Position numbers and translations under genes: made by a program. Positions 36,890-48,159 of a stretch of DNA of 64,000 nt are shown one piece after another. Source of the DNA: Eledone cirrhosa (taxonomy: Eukaryota); NCBI GenBank assembly GCA_964016885.1, contig OZ024743.1:185380001-185444000 (forward strand). The letters are read 5' to 3'. The notes beneath the pieces were generated by a model. The model searched no databases and was not told where the DNA came from. It was given only the letters and a program-made list of their open reading frames with translations. Positions within the stretch are counted from its first letter, which is position 1, and every line of letters begins with the position of its first letter.

Positions 36890-36923
36890 TTTTGCAAGGG
36901 TGTATGTATATATATATATATAT

Positions 36924-37960
36924 ATCATCAACATCAGCATTTAACGTCCATTTTTCCACACTAGCATGAGTTAGATGAGTTGTCCAGATGTGAGCCAAGC
37001 CAGAGCAGATGACCATGTCCTGCTCATACTGGACCGATTTGGGGTTGGTTTCTATGGCTGGATGCCCTTACTAACACCACCCACATTTACAGTGTGTACT
37101 AGGTGCCTTTCATCATGGCACCAAAACAACCACAATTACAGTGAGGACTGGATGCTTTTTGTCGTGACACCTACATGGCCACTTTATGTGTGGACTGGGT
37201 GCTTTTTTCATGACACCTACACGACCACTTTACAGTGTGGACTGGGTGCTTTTTTCATGACACCTACACGACCACTTTACAGTGTGGACTGGGTGCTTTT
37301 TTCATGACACCTACACGACCACTTTACAGTGTGGACTGGGTGCTTTTTTCATGACACCTACACGACCACTTTACAGTGTAGACTAGGTGATTTTTGTTGT
37401 CACCTACACATTACTTTACAATGTGGAGTGGATGCTTTTTTTCATAACATTTACACAACCACTTAACATTATGGACTGGGTGCTTTTTGTCATGACACCT
37501 ACACAGTCACTTTACAGCGTGAACTAGAGTGGGGGAGGTTCATGAGGATTGGAGAGGTAGATCTAGGGTGGGGCACTTATCAGGTGAGAGTTGGATCAAA
37601 GGTGGGGTTTTAGGGCGTTGGAGTTGTATGGACAGGGAGGTAAGGGCGATTAGTGCACACTAGATGTATGCTTCAGCCTGTGCATATGGGAAGGCGGGTC
37701 TTCTGTATTGCTACATAAAGCCAGAGATCATGACCCTGTGTCATCAGCTTTGAGAGGTGTAATATTGTACAAGGTCTGCTTTTATCTCCTCATCCCAAGT
37801 CATCCTGGGTCTTCCTACTCCATAGCTTCCATCAACTTTGAGTGCCCTGCATCTTTTTATACAGTTGTCATCTGGCATACGCATCATATGTCCATATCAA
37901 TGCAATTTCCCCTCCTGCACACTGCATCTGATCCCTTTTATGCTCAGTTTCTCCCTCATA
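36924..37960 (-). mobile_element. RTE 3' end with SINE-like module containing an expanded 47-bp minisatellite
   Basis: ctttacagtgtggactgggtgcttttttcatgacacctacacgacca tandem (~8 units, 37135-37520). The LINE ORF end is at 37690-37960. Confidence 0.8.
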
Positions 37961-38374
37961 TATATGGAAAGAGGGAGAGAGCAAGAAAGAGAAAGAGACA
38001 TACATATAGATACATATACAAACAAATATATATATATATATAAATATCATCATCATCACTGTTTATCCATTTTTCTATGCTAGCATGATTTAGACGAGTT
38101 GTTGAATTGTGAGACAAGCCAGATCAGATGACCTATGTCTTACTCATATAGAACTATTTCTCACTTGATTTCTACAGCTGGCTGCCCTTCCTAATGCTAA
38201 CCCCATTTACAGCGTGTTCTGGTCTGAACAGTAGTGGTTATTTTAGCAGTAGTGGTTATTCAAGGATTTATATAATGGTTCAAAATACTGTGTAAGAATT
38301 TAGGATGGCTATAGTTAATGATTTGGAGTTATCACATGAGGCTACCAAGGATGCTTACTGTCTCTGATACTCTT

Positions 38375-39225
38375 TGCTTTGGCCATCAACTGGATTCTCA
38401 GAAGGGCAACAGAAGCTCTCAGACCTTGACTTTGCAGATGATATTACAGCCATGGCCAAAAATACATTTGACTTGCAGTATCTGATAGATGAGATAGGGT
38501 CATCAGCTGGCAGCATTGGTCTCCACATCAATGGCATACAGACCAAGAACATGCTAATTAATATTGATCATTGCCAACATACATCTGCATCAATCATGGG
38601 GAGGTGGAGGTCATGGATGGCTTTACCTACCTCGGAAGCCCTATCAACAGAAGTGGGGACATGATGTAAAAAATTTAATTGCAGAATAAGCCAAGCTCTG
38701 GCTGCCTTTAAACAACTCAACAAGATCTGGAGAAGCAAAAAACTTTTGCTTAGTACCAAGATGAGGTTCTACAACAGCAATGTGCTCTCAATGTTCTTGT
38801 GCTGGTGCGAAACGTGGAGTGTGAAGACCTGCCAAGAGAACCAATTAGATGCTTTTGACACCGAATGTCTACACAGAATCCTTGGCATCAGGTGGGATGA
38901 CTTCATCACCAACAAAGATATCTGTCAACGAATCCACCAACAACGTATGTCTAACATCATGTGCAAGCATTGACTTAGCTGGTTGGGACATGTCACATGC
39001 CTCCCAAATGAGAGACATTCTAATCAAGTCCTGTATTGGTATCCCCACAGAAAAAGGCGAAGAGGATGTACAAAGATGAACTAATGGCAGACACTCAAAA
39101 GAGGCCTGAAAGTTCGTCAACAAAAGTTGGAACAATGTATTGATTAGATACAACTGACTGTAATCATTGAAGCACTTTGGCTGCCTCATGCATTTCAATA
39201 TGTGGGAGCTTCTAAGCTAAACTAA
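38375..39225 (+). pseudogene. Degenerate RTE-like RT 3' fragment
   Basis: LSDLDFADDI, FTYLGS, TKMRFYNSNVLS..CETW, LHRILGIRW and L.WLGHV. Confidence 0.82.
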
Positions 39226-41674
39226 GCTTCCTCTTTCACAATGAGTAAGAGGAAGGTGTCATTATGTACTTAATATCTATTGTGTTGTGGGCGTACTTGT
39301 GTTTGGGGTTAATATAAATACAATTACTTCACCACCATTGCCATTACTGTCACTGCTAAAACAACTGCTGCTGCCTCTGCTGCCGCCACTTCTGCCACCA
39401 CTTCTGCTGCTACTACTACTACTACCACCACCACCATATCAAAGATTCAGTGTGATACAGTGACTAGCAAGGCTAATTCTTTGAATTACAGCTACAACTC
39501 ATTTTTGCCAGCTGAGTAGATTGGAGTAACATGAAATAAAGTAACATGCTCAAGGACACAACGCGATGTTGGTAATCAAGCTCTCGACCTTAAAGTTATG
39601 AGCCAAACACACTAATCACTAAACCACACACCTTCACATCTACACTTAGTAAACATCATCCATTTATGTTATACTACCTCAGTCAGTATAATTGTTTCTA
39701 TTTCACATATTGGTCATTAACAATAGATTCCTAATTGCTTTCTCAATTCAATTACATTGTGATATATTGATTTCTAATTTAGGCGCAATGCCAGCAAATT
39801 TGCAGGAAGGGAAAAAATTGATTAAATGAACCTCAGTATTTGACTGGTACTTTATTTTATCGACCCTGAAAAGATGAAAGGCAAAGTTGACCTCAGTCTG
39901 ATTAGAACTCAGAATGTACCACAATGGCATTTTATTCCGTTCTGTCAATCTATATTAAGATATCTTGTGCTACACCTTAAACATTGTGAACATAACACAA
40001 TATTATTTCTTGTACTCCTTATAAGTATAATAAGAAGTAGTATCTGAAAGAAACCATTTAATATGTATAGGGTACAGAGCAAGAGAAACACTTAAGTATT
40101 CTTTAAATATGCATGTTTGTATGGATCCATAAATCTTGATGGAGTTGTGGAGGCTCCATAGTGACATATGGCACGTCTATGGCTTTTTAAACCTGGCGGA
40201 GCCCATCTCCACTCCAGGTTTGAACACAGCCAATTTCTTTCAGAAAAAGAAAAAAGTGAATGGAAGACAGGTAGTGAGAAAGAAATATAAAGGATGAATT
40301 TACCCCACTGCTGGTCTGGTACTTTCTTTTATCTCCCTTGAAAGGATGAAAGGTAAAGTTGACCTTGGCTGGACTTGGGCAAAACAATTGACTTAAAGTC
40401 TTGAAGTATTTAGGTACAGTTCTTTACACATATATTAGAATATCTATGTCTATATTATTCAATGTATGTTTCTTTTTACAATACAGCAGTGGATGAGATG
40501 AAGGGAATTTAGCTGCCATTTCTATCAGAATATCTTTTGTCTTAATTCAACCACAAGTCTGTTGTCTATTTATTTCTATTCAAATATTTTTATGTATTCA
40601 TCCCGGTTTTTCTTGAAAGACACCCATACATTTTCCTGTCCATTCTTTGTTGATATGTATAAACTTCCTTGTTGGCTTACTACTCTTGTTGTTTGTGAAG
40701 TTAATAACTGACATATAGTAGAGTTAGATTGATTGACTACAATCATTTATTATAAATTTGTGGCTGCCATGTGTCAGTGTTTGAAAGAAATATTTTAAAT
40801 CTATAATAGAATGCAGTAATTTTTTTTTTTAATGGTACATCACCATTTGATCCTTCTTTCTTTTTCTCTTTTTTATCTTCTTTTTTCTTCTTTTTTTCTG
40901 TTCCTTTTTGTAGTGTGTTTTATTTTTATGAAATACTGCTCAATTATTTTTATATAATGTCAATGACCGTTCATGACATTGTCAGATTTTGTATATTGAA
41001 TAAATTGTTTTGACTGTCAAGTTGTTTGTGCAGTGTACATCAGTTGAATTGTAATTGAAGAGAAACCAATTAGGAGATGCTTGACGATACAGAAGTAAAT
41101 GCAAATCTATTTTATATATTTTGAAATGACCGATTAAAAATTTTTGGCAACAAAATACTGCCTTAAATTAATGTAATGTTATCCTAAATAAAACATTCTT
41201 AACAAATATTCTTAATTATTAAACAACTAGAATTTCCTCTTTTCTGTTAGATACCCACGTCCTTTATTATCTTTTTTTTACACTACATAAGGTTTTTTTA
41301 ATATCACATTGTCAATACAAAGTATATAATGAATGAGACTATGTAGTTAGATACATGACTGTAGCTTTGAATTAAGATGAAACAGATCAGTTTCATCTTT
41401 CATTAGATATTCATCAAAGATTACTTGTCTAAAGATTGTAGTGTAGAACCACTTATAGAAATGCAAAACACGAGGATAATGATTATGACCATTATTCTAG
41501 AATATAAATGATGAGACAGGGACATTTTATGAATACTAAGAAGTGAACTAAGACAGATGAGCATTAGAGTAATGCCCAGTGGACTGCTGGGCTCACTAAA
41601 AAAATTTTGAAAAAATTTCACAAAAAACTGAAATCATAAATACTGCCTAAAGATTGAAACAGAAATGGAACATA

Positions 41675-42436
41675 TCTTAGCTAAGTAGTGAAAACACATC
41701 TCTGGTCCTCAGCAGTCTGATATTCAGTGTCAACTTAGCTGAGCAGTGAAAACACACCTCCAGCTCTCTGAAGTCTGTTAATCAATGTCACCTTAGCTAA
41801 ATAATGAAAATATACACCTCTGGTACTTTGCAGTTTGTTAGTCAGTATCACCATAGCTGAGTAGCGAAAATACACCTCTGGTCCTCAACAGTTAGTTAGT
41901 CGGAGTCACCTTAGCTGAGCATTGAAAACACACCTCTGGCCCTCACGTAGACTGTTAGTCAATGTCACCTTAGCTAAGCAGTGAAAATATGCATCTCTGG
42001 TACTCTACAGTTTGTTAGTTAATGTCACCTTAGCTGAACAGTGAAAATATACATCTTTATCCCTCAACAGTTTATTAGTCAGTGTCACCTTAGCTGAGCA
42101 GTGAAAATGTACCTCTGGCTCTCAGCAGTCAGCAGTCTGTTAGTGTCACCTTAGCTGAACAGTGAAATCATACCTCTGGCCCTCTGCAATCAGTAGTTTG
42201 TGAGCAATGAAAACAAACATCTTATCCTCATCAGTTTGTTAGTTAGAATCACTCTAGCTGAGCAGTGAAACCAAACATCTGGCTTTCAGGGGTCAGCAGT
42301 CTGTTAATGTCATCTTAGCTGAGTGTTGAAAACATACCTCTGGCTGTCAGGAGTTTGTTAGTCAGTGCAACTTTAACTGAGCAGTGAAAACATATCTCTG
42401 GCTCTCAATAGTCAGCAGTCTGTTTGTCAGTGTCTC
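41675..42436. repeat. Diverged tandem repeat, ~59-bp unit, ~13 copies
   Basis: Consensus approximately agctgagcagtgaaaacacacctctggccctcagcagtctgttagtcagtgtcacctt. Confidence 0.85.
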
Positions 42437-43587
42437 CCTGTTCCCTAGGCTAGTTTAAGACCAAACCCTGCTTCTGTTAATACCTTTTTCTCTTGCCCAT
42501 ATTCCATTAATATTTTGAAGGTGAGATGGTAGAGCACCTGACAAACTGCCAGGTGTTATTTAGTTTCGTCCTTTAGATTTTGAATTAAAATCTTGTTGGT
42601 GTCAACTTTGTGGTGTACTACTCCAAGGGTTAATAACATATGAGCCAGATAAGTACTGGAATCAATATAATTACACACACAATTTAGTATCTTTTGTGAC
42701 ATTTAGCTCTGATTACTATCCATTAAAACTGTAATGTGACTAATCCTAAACACTATAATGTTATTAAGGGCGAAACAATATAAATCTTTGTTTCTTTAAG
42801 GTAAAGAGGAAAGGTAACATCTAAGGCCATAATTCTTTTCAAGGATCTCCACGACAGGTATGAGGAAGTTATCCTAAGTCAGGGAGCTTCTTGGTTGGTA
42901 TGAAGTTATCTTATGTCAGAAATCACTTTGGTTGGTTTGAGGAAGTTATCCTAAGCCCTGAAACCTGATCTGAATGCTTACAATGGAGTGGACAACACTA
43001 CAGGCAGCCAAGAGTCAGATGGTATTGTTATACTGGGCAATACCTGCAATTGTATGAAACTATAGAATAATATCTTACCAAGATCACCTTTATGTATAAA
43101 TTATGAAATAGCTTCAGCCAGAAATCTGATTGGAATTCTGAGTTAGCAATTAAATAATGAAATTAAGGGGAATGGCTGACAGAGTGGCATATTTTATACA
43201 CCTTGTAAGGCAGTATATCTCACCTGCACCCCATGGACAAAATAGCAAAGGCTTTGCCACAGAGAATAGCCAGCATTACCATTGCATCAGCCACTCTACC
43301 TCACGGAGCTTCTCCCTCAGGTGAGATGCACTCCTTTGAATTTTGCAGAGGAGTGAGGATGCCAGAAGTCTCAATGGCAATGGGCATTTGTATATGTTTC
43401 TCCCCTATGCATTACAGACAGCAATACCTCAGATTTGTGACTGACAATTTACCTCACCAAGTACAAATATTAAAATTGCCCATTCCTCTTCCTCCTCCAT
43501 CTGTGATGCATGCACATTGTGTTTGGCATGATTACTTTTACAGTCAACAACAACAACAACAACAACAAATACTTAAAAACAGATATA

Positions 43588-44791
43588 TCTATATATCTAA
43601 AACAGAGAATGTCTGTCTGTCTGTCTCCCTAAAACTCGAGAACCACCCAACCTATTTTTTTCAAACTCTACACATGTAATACTTATGGTCCTGTGAGTGT
43701 TTTGAGCAAAAAATATTTCAAATTTTCAATGCCCTAGGGACCGCATTAGGCGCCGGTTAGCTATCCCTCTGTCTTTCTTAGTCTGTCCTTTTAGATAGAT
43801 ACGTAGATATAACGTCGCGCCCTTATAATATCTGTCTGCATGTCTGGCTGTCGGCATTACGACATTATGACAAATATTGTTCTCATTGCTGACATATTAT
43901 CTTCGCTATTTTCCGTTCATTGCCAGGGAACGTCTTTACAAACCAAAGTATCATCTTCCTGTTTTCTTTCGGTTGCAACGTTTTTCGAAATATTTACTTC
44001 TGCATTTCAGAAGATCCCATTAAGGGTGAAAGCAGCGATTCTTTGCTTAAACTGTTATTAATCTGTTATTAATCTGTTATTTTAATATATATTTTAGAAG
44101 AGTCATATTTTTCACACGGGCAACTATATGTTGGCTACTCAAGAATGGGAAGCAAGACAAATCTCTTTGCATATGCCTGGCACGGAAGAACAAGGAACAT
44201 TGTGTACAAGGAGGTGTTTTAGGTAAACGAGGCAGAAGGGGATATACACGATTGGCTGAAGAAGGACGAGACTGTGTTAGTAGTACGACCAATGGCTGCT
44301 ATCACACCAACAGCAGCAAAAACAACAACAAAAAAGAGAGGGAATGCAATTACATGCTTTTGAAAAATCGTAATGGAAAATTATTTGCCTATTCACCCAA
44401 GGCGACTTCACTTTTTATTAGGGCTTTTGCATCAATTGGTGAACATACGACGAAACATTGAAAGGAGTAAGACAACGCCACTCTCCACCACTGCAATCCC
44501 ACATGCTGTAACTATTGCTTTCATTGTACCATAGCACAACAAATACATGTTCAGTTTGTTGAATGCCTTTTTACTTAACCCTATCGTCTTGGCTTTCGTA
44601 GGTTGAACATTTTACTCTCAGGCACCCAATTAAGTTAAACCCATGGTAATCTAATTTGTTTTATAAACACAAAACGTCGACACCATCCCGAGGTCGAGGT
44701 ATTCCGTACTTCTCTGTACTGTTTCAGAAAGGAGGGATAAACATGCCAATTTATGTTTAGAATCCCAAGCAACACTGGGCCATTCTGCTAG
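43588..44791 (+). mobile_element. Non-autonomous Helitron containing a Penelope-like hammerhead fragment
   Basis: A|TCTATATATCTAAAA start, 5' part similar to the 31618 element, end cccaagcaacactggg..CTAG|T. 43900-44090 matches the reverse complement of 16980-17170. Confidence 0.75.
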
Positions 44792-45349
44792 TTAAAACAA
44801 AAGTGGAAGGTAGAGAAGAAAATAGAGTGATAAGGGGTTTATTATTGTCAAGTTACACACCAAATAGGTCTGCCATGTTTCCTTTGTTTAAAGTGACCAA
44901 CATTAATATCCGTTGTAATATTTACAGATAACTTCTGACCTTGCATGTCTCCCACACAGTGACGTCAAAAACAATCACTAGATTTTTTGATTTTCACCTG
45001 CCAACTTTGTTTATTTTTATCTTTCCTTTTGTCTATTTCTAATTTTCTTGCTTTATTTGTTAATTCTTTCTTCCAATTCTGAAGACGTGATTCTTTTGCT
45101 TTCCTGCCTTCTTTATTAACACAACCTCTTCAATAAATAAACAAATAAGATAATAAATACACAAAACAAATACAGAAGTCGTGCAGGATCGATTAAATAA
45201 ATAAAATAACAATAATTACTGTTGTTTTTTTTAAATTAGTCATTGATTTTTAGAAAACATATTGTGACATTTAGGACTTTCCGAAGAGTAGTAATGAAAT
45301 GTATGTATGTATGTATGTATGTATGTATGTATGTATGTATGTATGTATG

Positions 45350-47955
45350 TTTTCTCTTTCTCTTAATTTCGAGTATATTTTTTTGACCGGCCACCTTCCT
45401 GGTGGCAAGGTTGTAAAAGAAAAGAAATTGTCATCCCTTGAATCGCAAGAATGTTTTGCATATTTTGAAGGTGCCAGCTATCGCAGCCATTTGTAGACTA
45501 TGAATTAGGGAGCTGCGCTTTTTGTCCGCAAATCCAAGTTCGGTCATACTTTGGTCCAAGCGGGTTGGTATATAACCCGTAGCACCAATAATGATGGGTA
45601 TGAAGCTAAAGGTGTATCTTGGATACTGGATTTGTAAGCTCCTCATCAATGGTCCGTAGATGTCCTCCTTCTCCTGTATTTTTCTGACAACGTTTACATC
45701 AAGTGGGCAGCTGATCTCCACAACAGAACACGTTTTCAATGTGTGGTCCCAAACTACAATATCAGGCCGGTTGTGCTTTAATTTGGTGGCAGTTTTTATT
45801 TTCAGGTTCCACCAGTATTCCTTAGTGCCATCTGTCTCAATATATTCTTCCTCGTTTGTTGTTAATTTTGTTTTCCGAAGTGCGTTCCAGATAGTTCTAG
45901 CTATCCCATCGTGTCTCATGGGGAGGTAGTAGCGAGATGACATTCTTTCGCAGCTGGCAACAATGTGGCTTACATCCTCGATCTTTGTTTTACATAGCCT
46001 ACATTTATTGTCAGCTGCTGGCCCTCCTCTTTTGTGCAGCAGATATTTGGTAGGGAGTTCTTGTTCCTGTATTGCATAGAGATATCCCTCAAGGTGTGAT
46101 GTCATAAACTTGTCGGAACTCCATGCCAGGCTTTTTGAGTGGTTTATCCCCTCTATGGTCTGTGTTTTACGCCTCAAGTATCCATGCACAACTTTCTCTG
46201 TAAATTGGTCAATTTTTTTTTCTTGTTTGAACATTGAATAGGATCTTCCGATTTCTCTGGGTGAGAGATTTATATCAGGCTTTATTCCATATCTCTCCTC
46301 CAGATCAGTCGCTATTCTAATGATATTTCTTTTTTCATGCTCATAAACCTGAGCAAGATGGTCGCCAACCTTTTTCCTCTGTTGAAGGTGTTGCTTCAGT
46401 GTTACTATCCGGGTCTCATATGTTGTTAATATTGATTTTAGACCCCGGCCACCTTCCTTGCGTGAGAAGTATAGCCTATCCACATCACCATTGATGTTAA
46501 AGTTCCCAGTAACACTGAGAAGTTTACGAGTTCTAACATCCATCTCACTTAGTTCTTGCAATGACCAGTTCAGTAGGCCAAATGTTGGCGTTATAATTGG
46601 CACAGCATAGGTATTGTGGGCAATGTATTTGTTGTATGCTGACAGTTCTGATGACCATATTTTTTTTACTCTTCTGAGGTATTCAGTTCTGGTTCTCTCC
46701 TTATTTATGGGTCCATCATATCTGACATTCTCATCCTGTCCAAGATATCTGTAGTTGTCACCTGACTGCAGAGGTTGTATTGTCAGGCCGTTCATATCTA
46801 GATTTCTAGAGGAGGGCACAGCTCTTCCACGTTTTACTGCCAAATATGCACACTTGGACTCACCAAATTTCATTTTGATGTCGGTTGAAAATTGTGTAAT
46901 GAGGTCCAATTGTTTCTTGATGTCATTGATATTTGGCCCATACAACTTCAGGTCATCAACAAAGAAAAGATGGGAGATACTTCTGGGCCCACTTCTTTGT
47001 CCACCTTGTTTCCTGAGTAGGTAAGATAGTGGATTCAGTGAGAGAACGAAGAGTAGTACTGACAAGCTATCACCCTGAAAGATGCCCTTCTGGTAATGTA
47101 TCCTATCAGTCTTAACCTGCTCCTTCTCACCTCTAAGGATCAAATTGGTGTACCAGTTCTTGGTCAGGCGTTCAACAGCAGCTACTAATGGTTGTGGGAC
47201 TTTAGCTAACTGTAAAGCCTTAATAATCCACCCATGAGGTACACTATCAAATGCTTTTTGATAGTCCAGCCACACGACAGTCATGTTTCTGCGATTCTTT
47301 GTTGTTTTTTCCTGAATCATTTTGTTAGTTAGTAGGTGATCTATGCAACCCCACACCTCCCTCTTTCCACCAGCTTGCTCAGGTGTTATGATGTTGTTGG
47401 TAGCACAGTGATCCTGTAAGAACAGGTTAAGGCACCCAGTATATAATTTATACATGATGTTTTGGCAGGCAATTGGGCGGTAATTTTTAGCAAGGGTGGT
47501 TTGGCTATTTTTGGGAATGAGGAGAGTAGTGGCAGTTGATAACCATCTGGGCAGTTCTTGTGTGCCCTTAATGGTTTCTGTAAACAGCCGTATGAGATCT
47601 TGCCGATAGAAAGTGAAATTCTTCAACCAGTATCCTGTAATGAGGTCTGGGCCTGGCGATTTCCTATTCGACATTTTCTGTAGAGCTGTTTCCAGTATTG
47701 ACCCATCTATGTCATATTGTTTTGTCTGGACATGTTGGCAGTAGTCCTGTTCCAGTTGTTTTAGCCAATTAGCTTGTCTGTTGAATCCGTCATCCGTTTC
47801 CCATACAGATCTCCAGTAGTTCTCAACCTGTTCTTTTGAAGGGGTGTCGTTTACAGGGATTGAGCTTTTGCCACCGAAGCTGCGATAAACTGATTTAGGA
47901 TCTCTGGCAAACAATCTATTTAGCACTTGTCGTTTATGGGCTGTTGACTTATATT
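45350..47955 (-). mobile_element. 5'-truncated R4/Dong-clade non-LTR retrotransposon flanked by (CATA)n
   Basis: Short 3' UTR at 45350-45430. (TATG)n on both sides (45299-45349, 47956-48026). Confidence 0.85.
45431..47926 (-). CDS. Reverse transcriptase + CCHC knuckle + restriction-like endonuclease (uninterrupted, N-terminally truncated)
   Basis: YRPIAC, WLDYQKAFDSVPH, GIFQGDSLS, HLFFVDDLKLY, GGRGL, CRLC..HIVASC, RHD and RPDIVV..EISCP..KEDIY. Confidence 0.92.
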   Translation of the reverse strand: MLNRLFARDPKSVYRSFGGKSSIPVNDTPSKEQVENYWRSVWETDDGFNRQANWLKQLEQDYCQHVQTKQYDIDGSILETALQKMSNRKSPGPDLITGYWLKNFTFYRQDLIRLFTETIKGTQELPRWLSTATTLLIPKNSQTTLAKNYRPIACQNIMYKLYTGCLNLFLQDHCATNNIITPEQAGGKREVWGCIDHLLTNKMIQEKTTKNRRNMTVVWLDYQKAFDSVPHGWIIKALQLAKVPQPLVAAVERLTKNWYTNLILRGEKEQVKTDRIHYQKGIFQGDSLSVLLFVLSLNPLSYLLRKQGGQRSGPRSISHLFFVDDLKLYGPNINDIKKQLDLITQFSTDIKMKFGESKCAYLAVKRGRAVPSSRNLDMNGLTIQPLQSGDNYRYLGQDENVRYDGPINKERTRTEYLRRVKKIWSSELSAYNKYIAHNTYAVPIITPTFGLLNWSLQELSEMDVRTRKLLSVTGNFNINGDVDRLYFSRKEGGRGLKSILTTYETRIVTLKQHLQQRKKVGDHLAQVYEHEKRNIIRIATDLEERYGIKPDINLSPREIGRSYSMFKQEKKIDQFTEKVVHGYLRRKTQTIEGINHSKSLAWSSDKFMTSHLEGYLYAIQEQELPTKYLLHKRGGPAADNKCRLCKTKIEDVSHIVASCERMSSRYYLPMRHDGIARTIWNALRKTKLTTNEEEYIETDGTKEYWWNLKIKTATKLKHNRPDIVVWDHTLKTCSVVEISCPLDVNVVRKIQEKEDIYGPLMRSLQIQYPRYTFSFIPIIIGATGYIPTRLDQSMTELGFADKKRSSLIHSLQMAAIAGTFKICKTFLRFKG

Positions 47956-48159
47956 TATGTATGTATGTATGTATGTATGTATGTATGTATGTATGTATGT
48001 ATGTATGTATGTATGTATGTATGTATGTGTGTGTGTGTGTGTAAGTTTGTATATTTCTATGTATGCATGTATGTGTGTGTGTATGTATATGTATGCGTGT
48101 GTGTGTGTGTGTTTGAATATATGTATGTGTGTGTATGTATATATGTATGTATGTATGTA

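Noticed and set aside
41675-42436. CRISPR-like repeat/spacer array
   Set aside because: The variable parts are homologous to each other, so this is a decayed tandem repeat.
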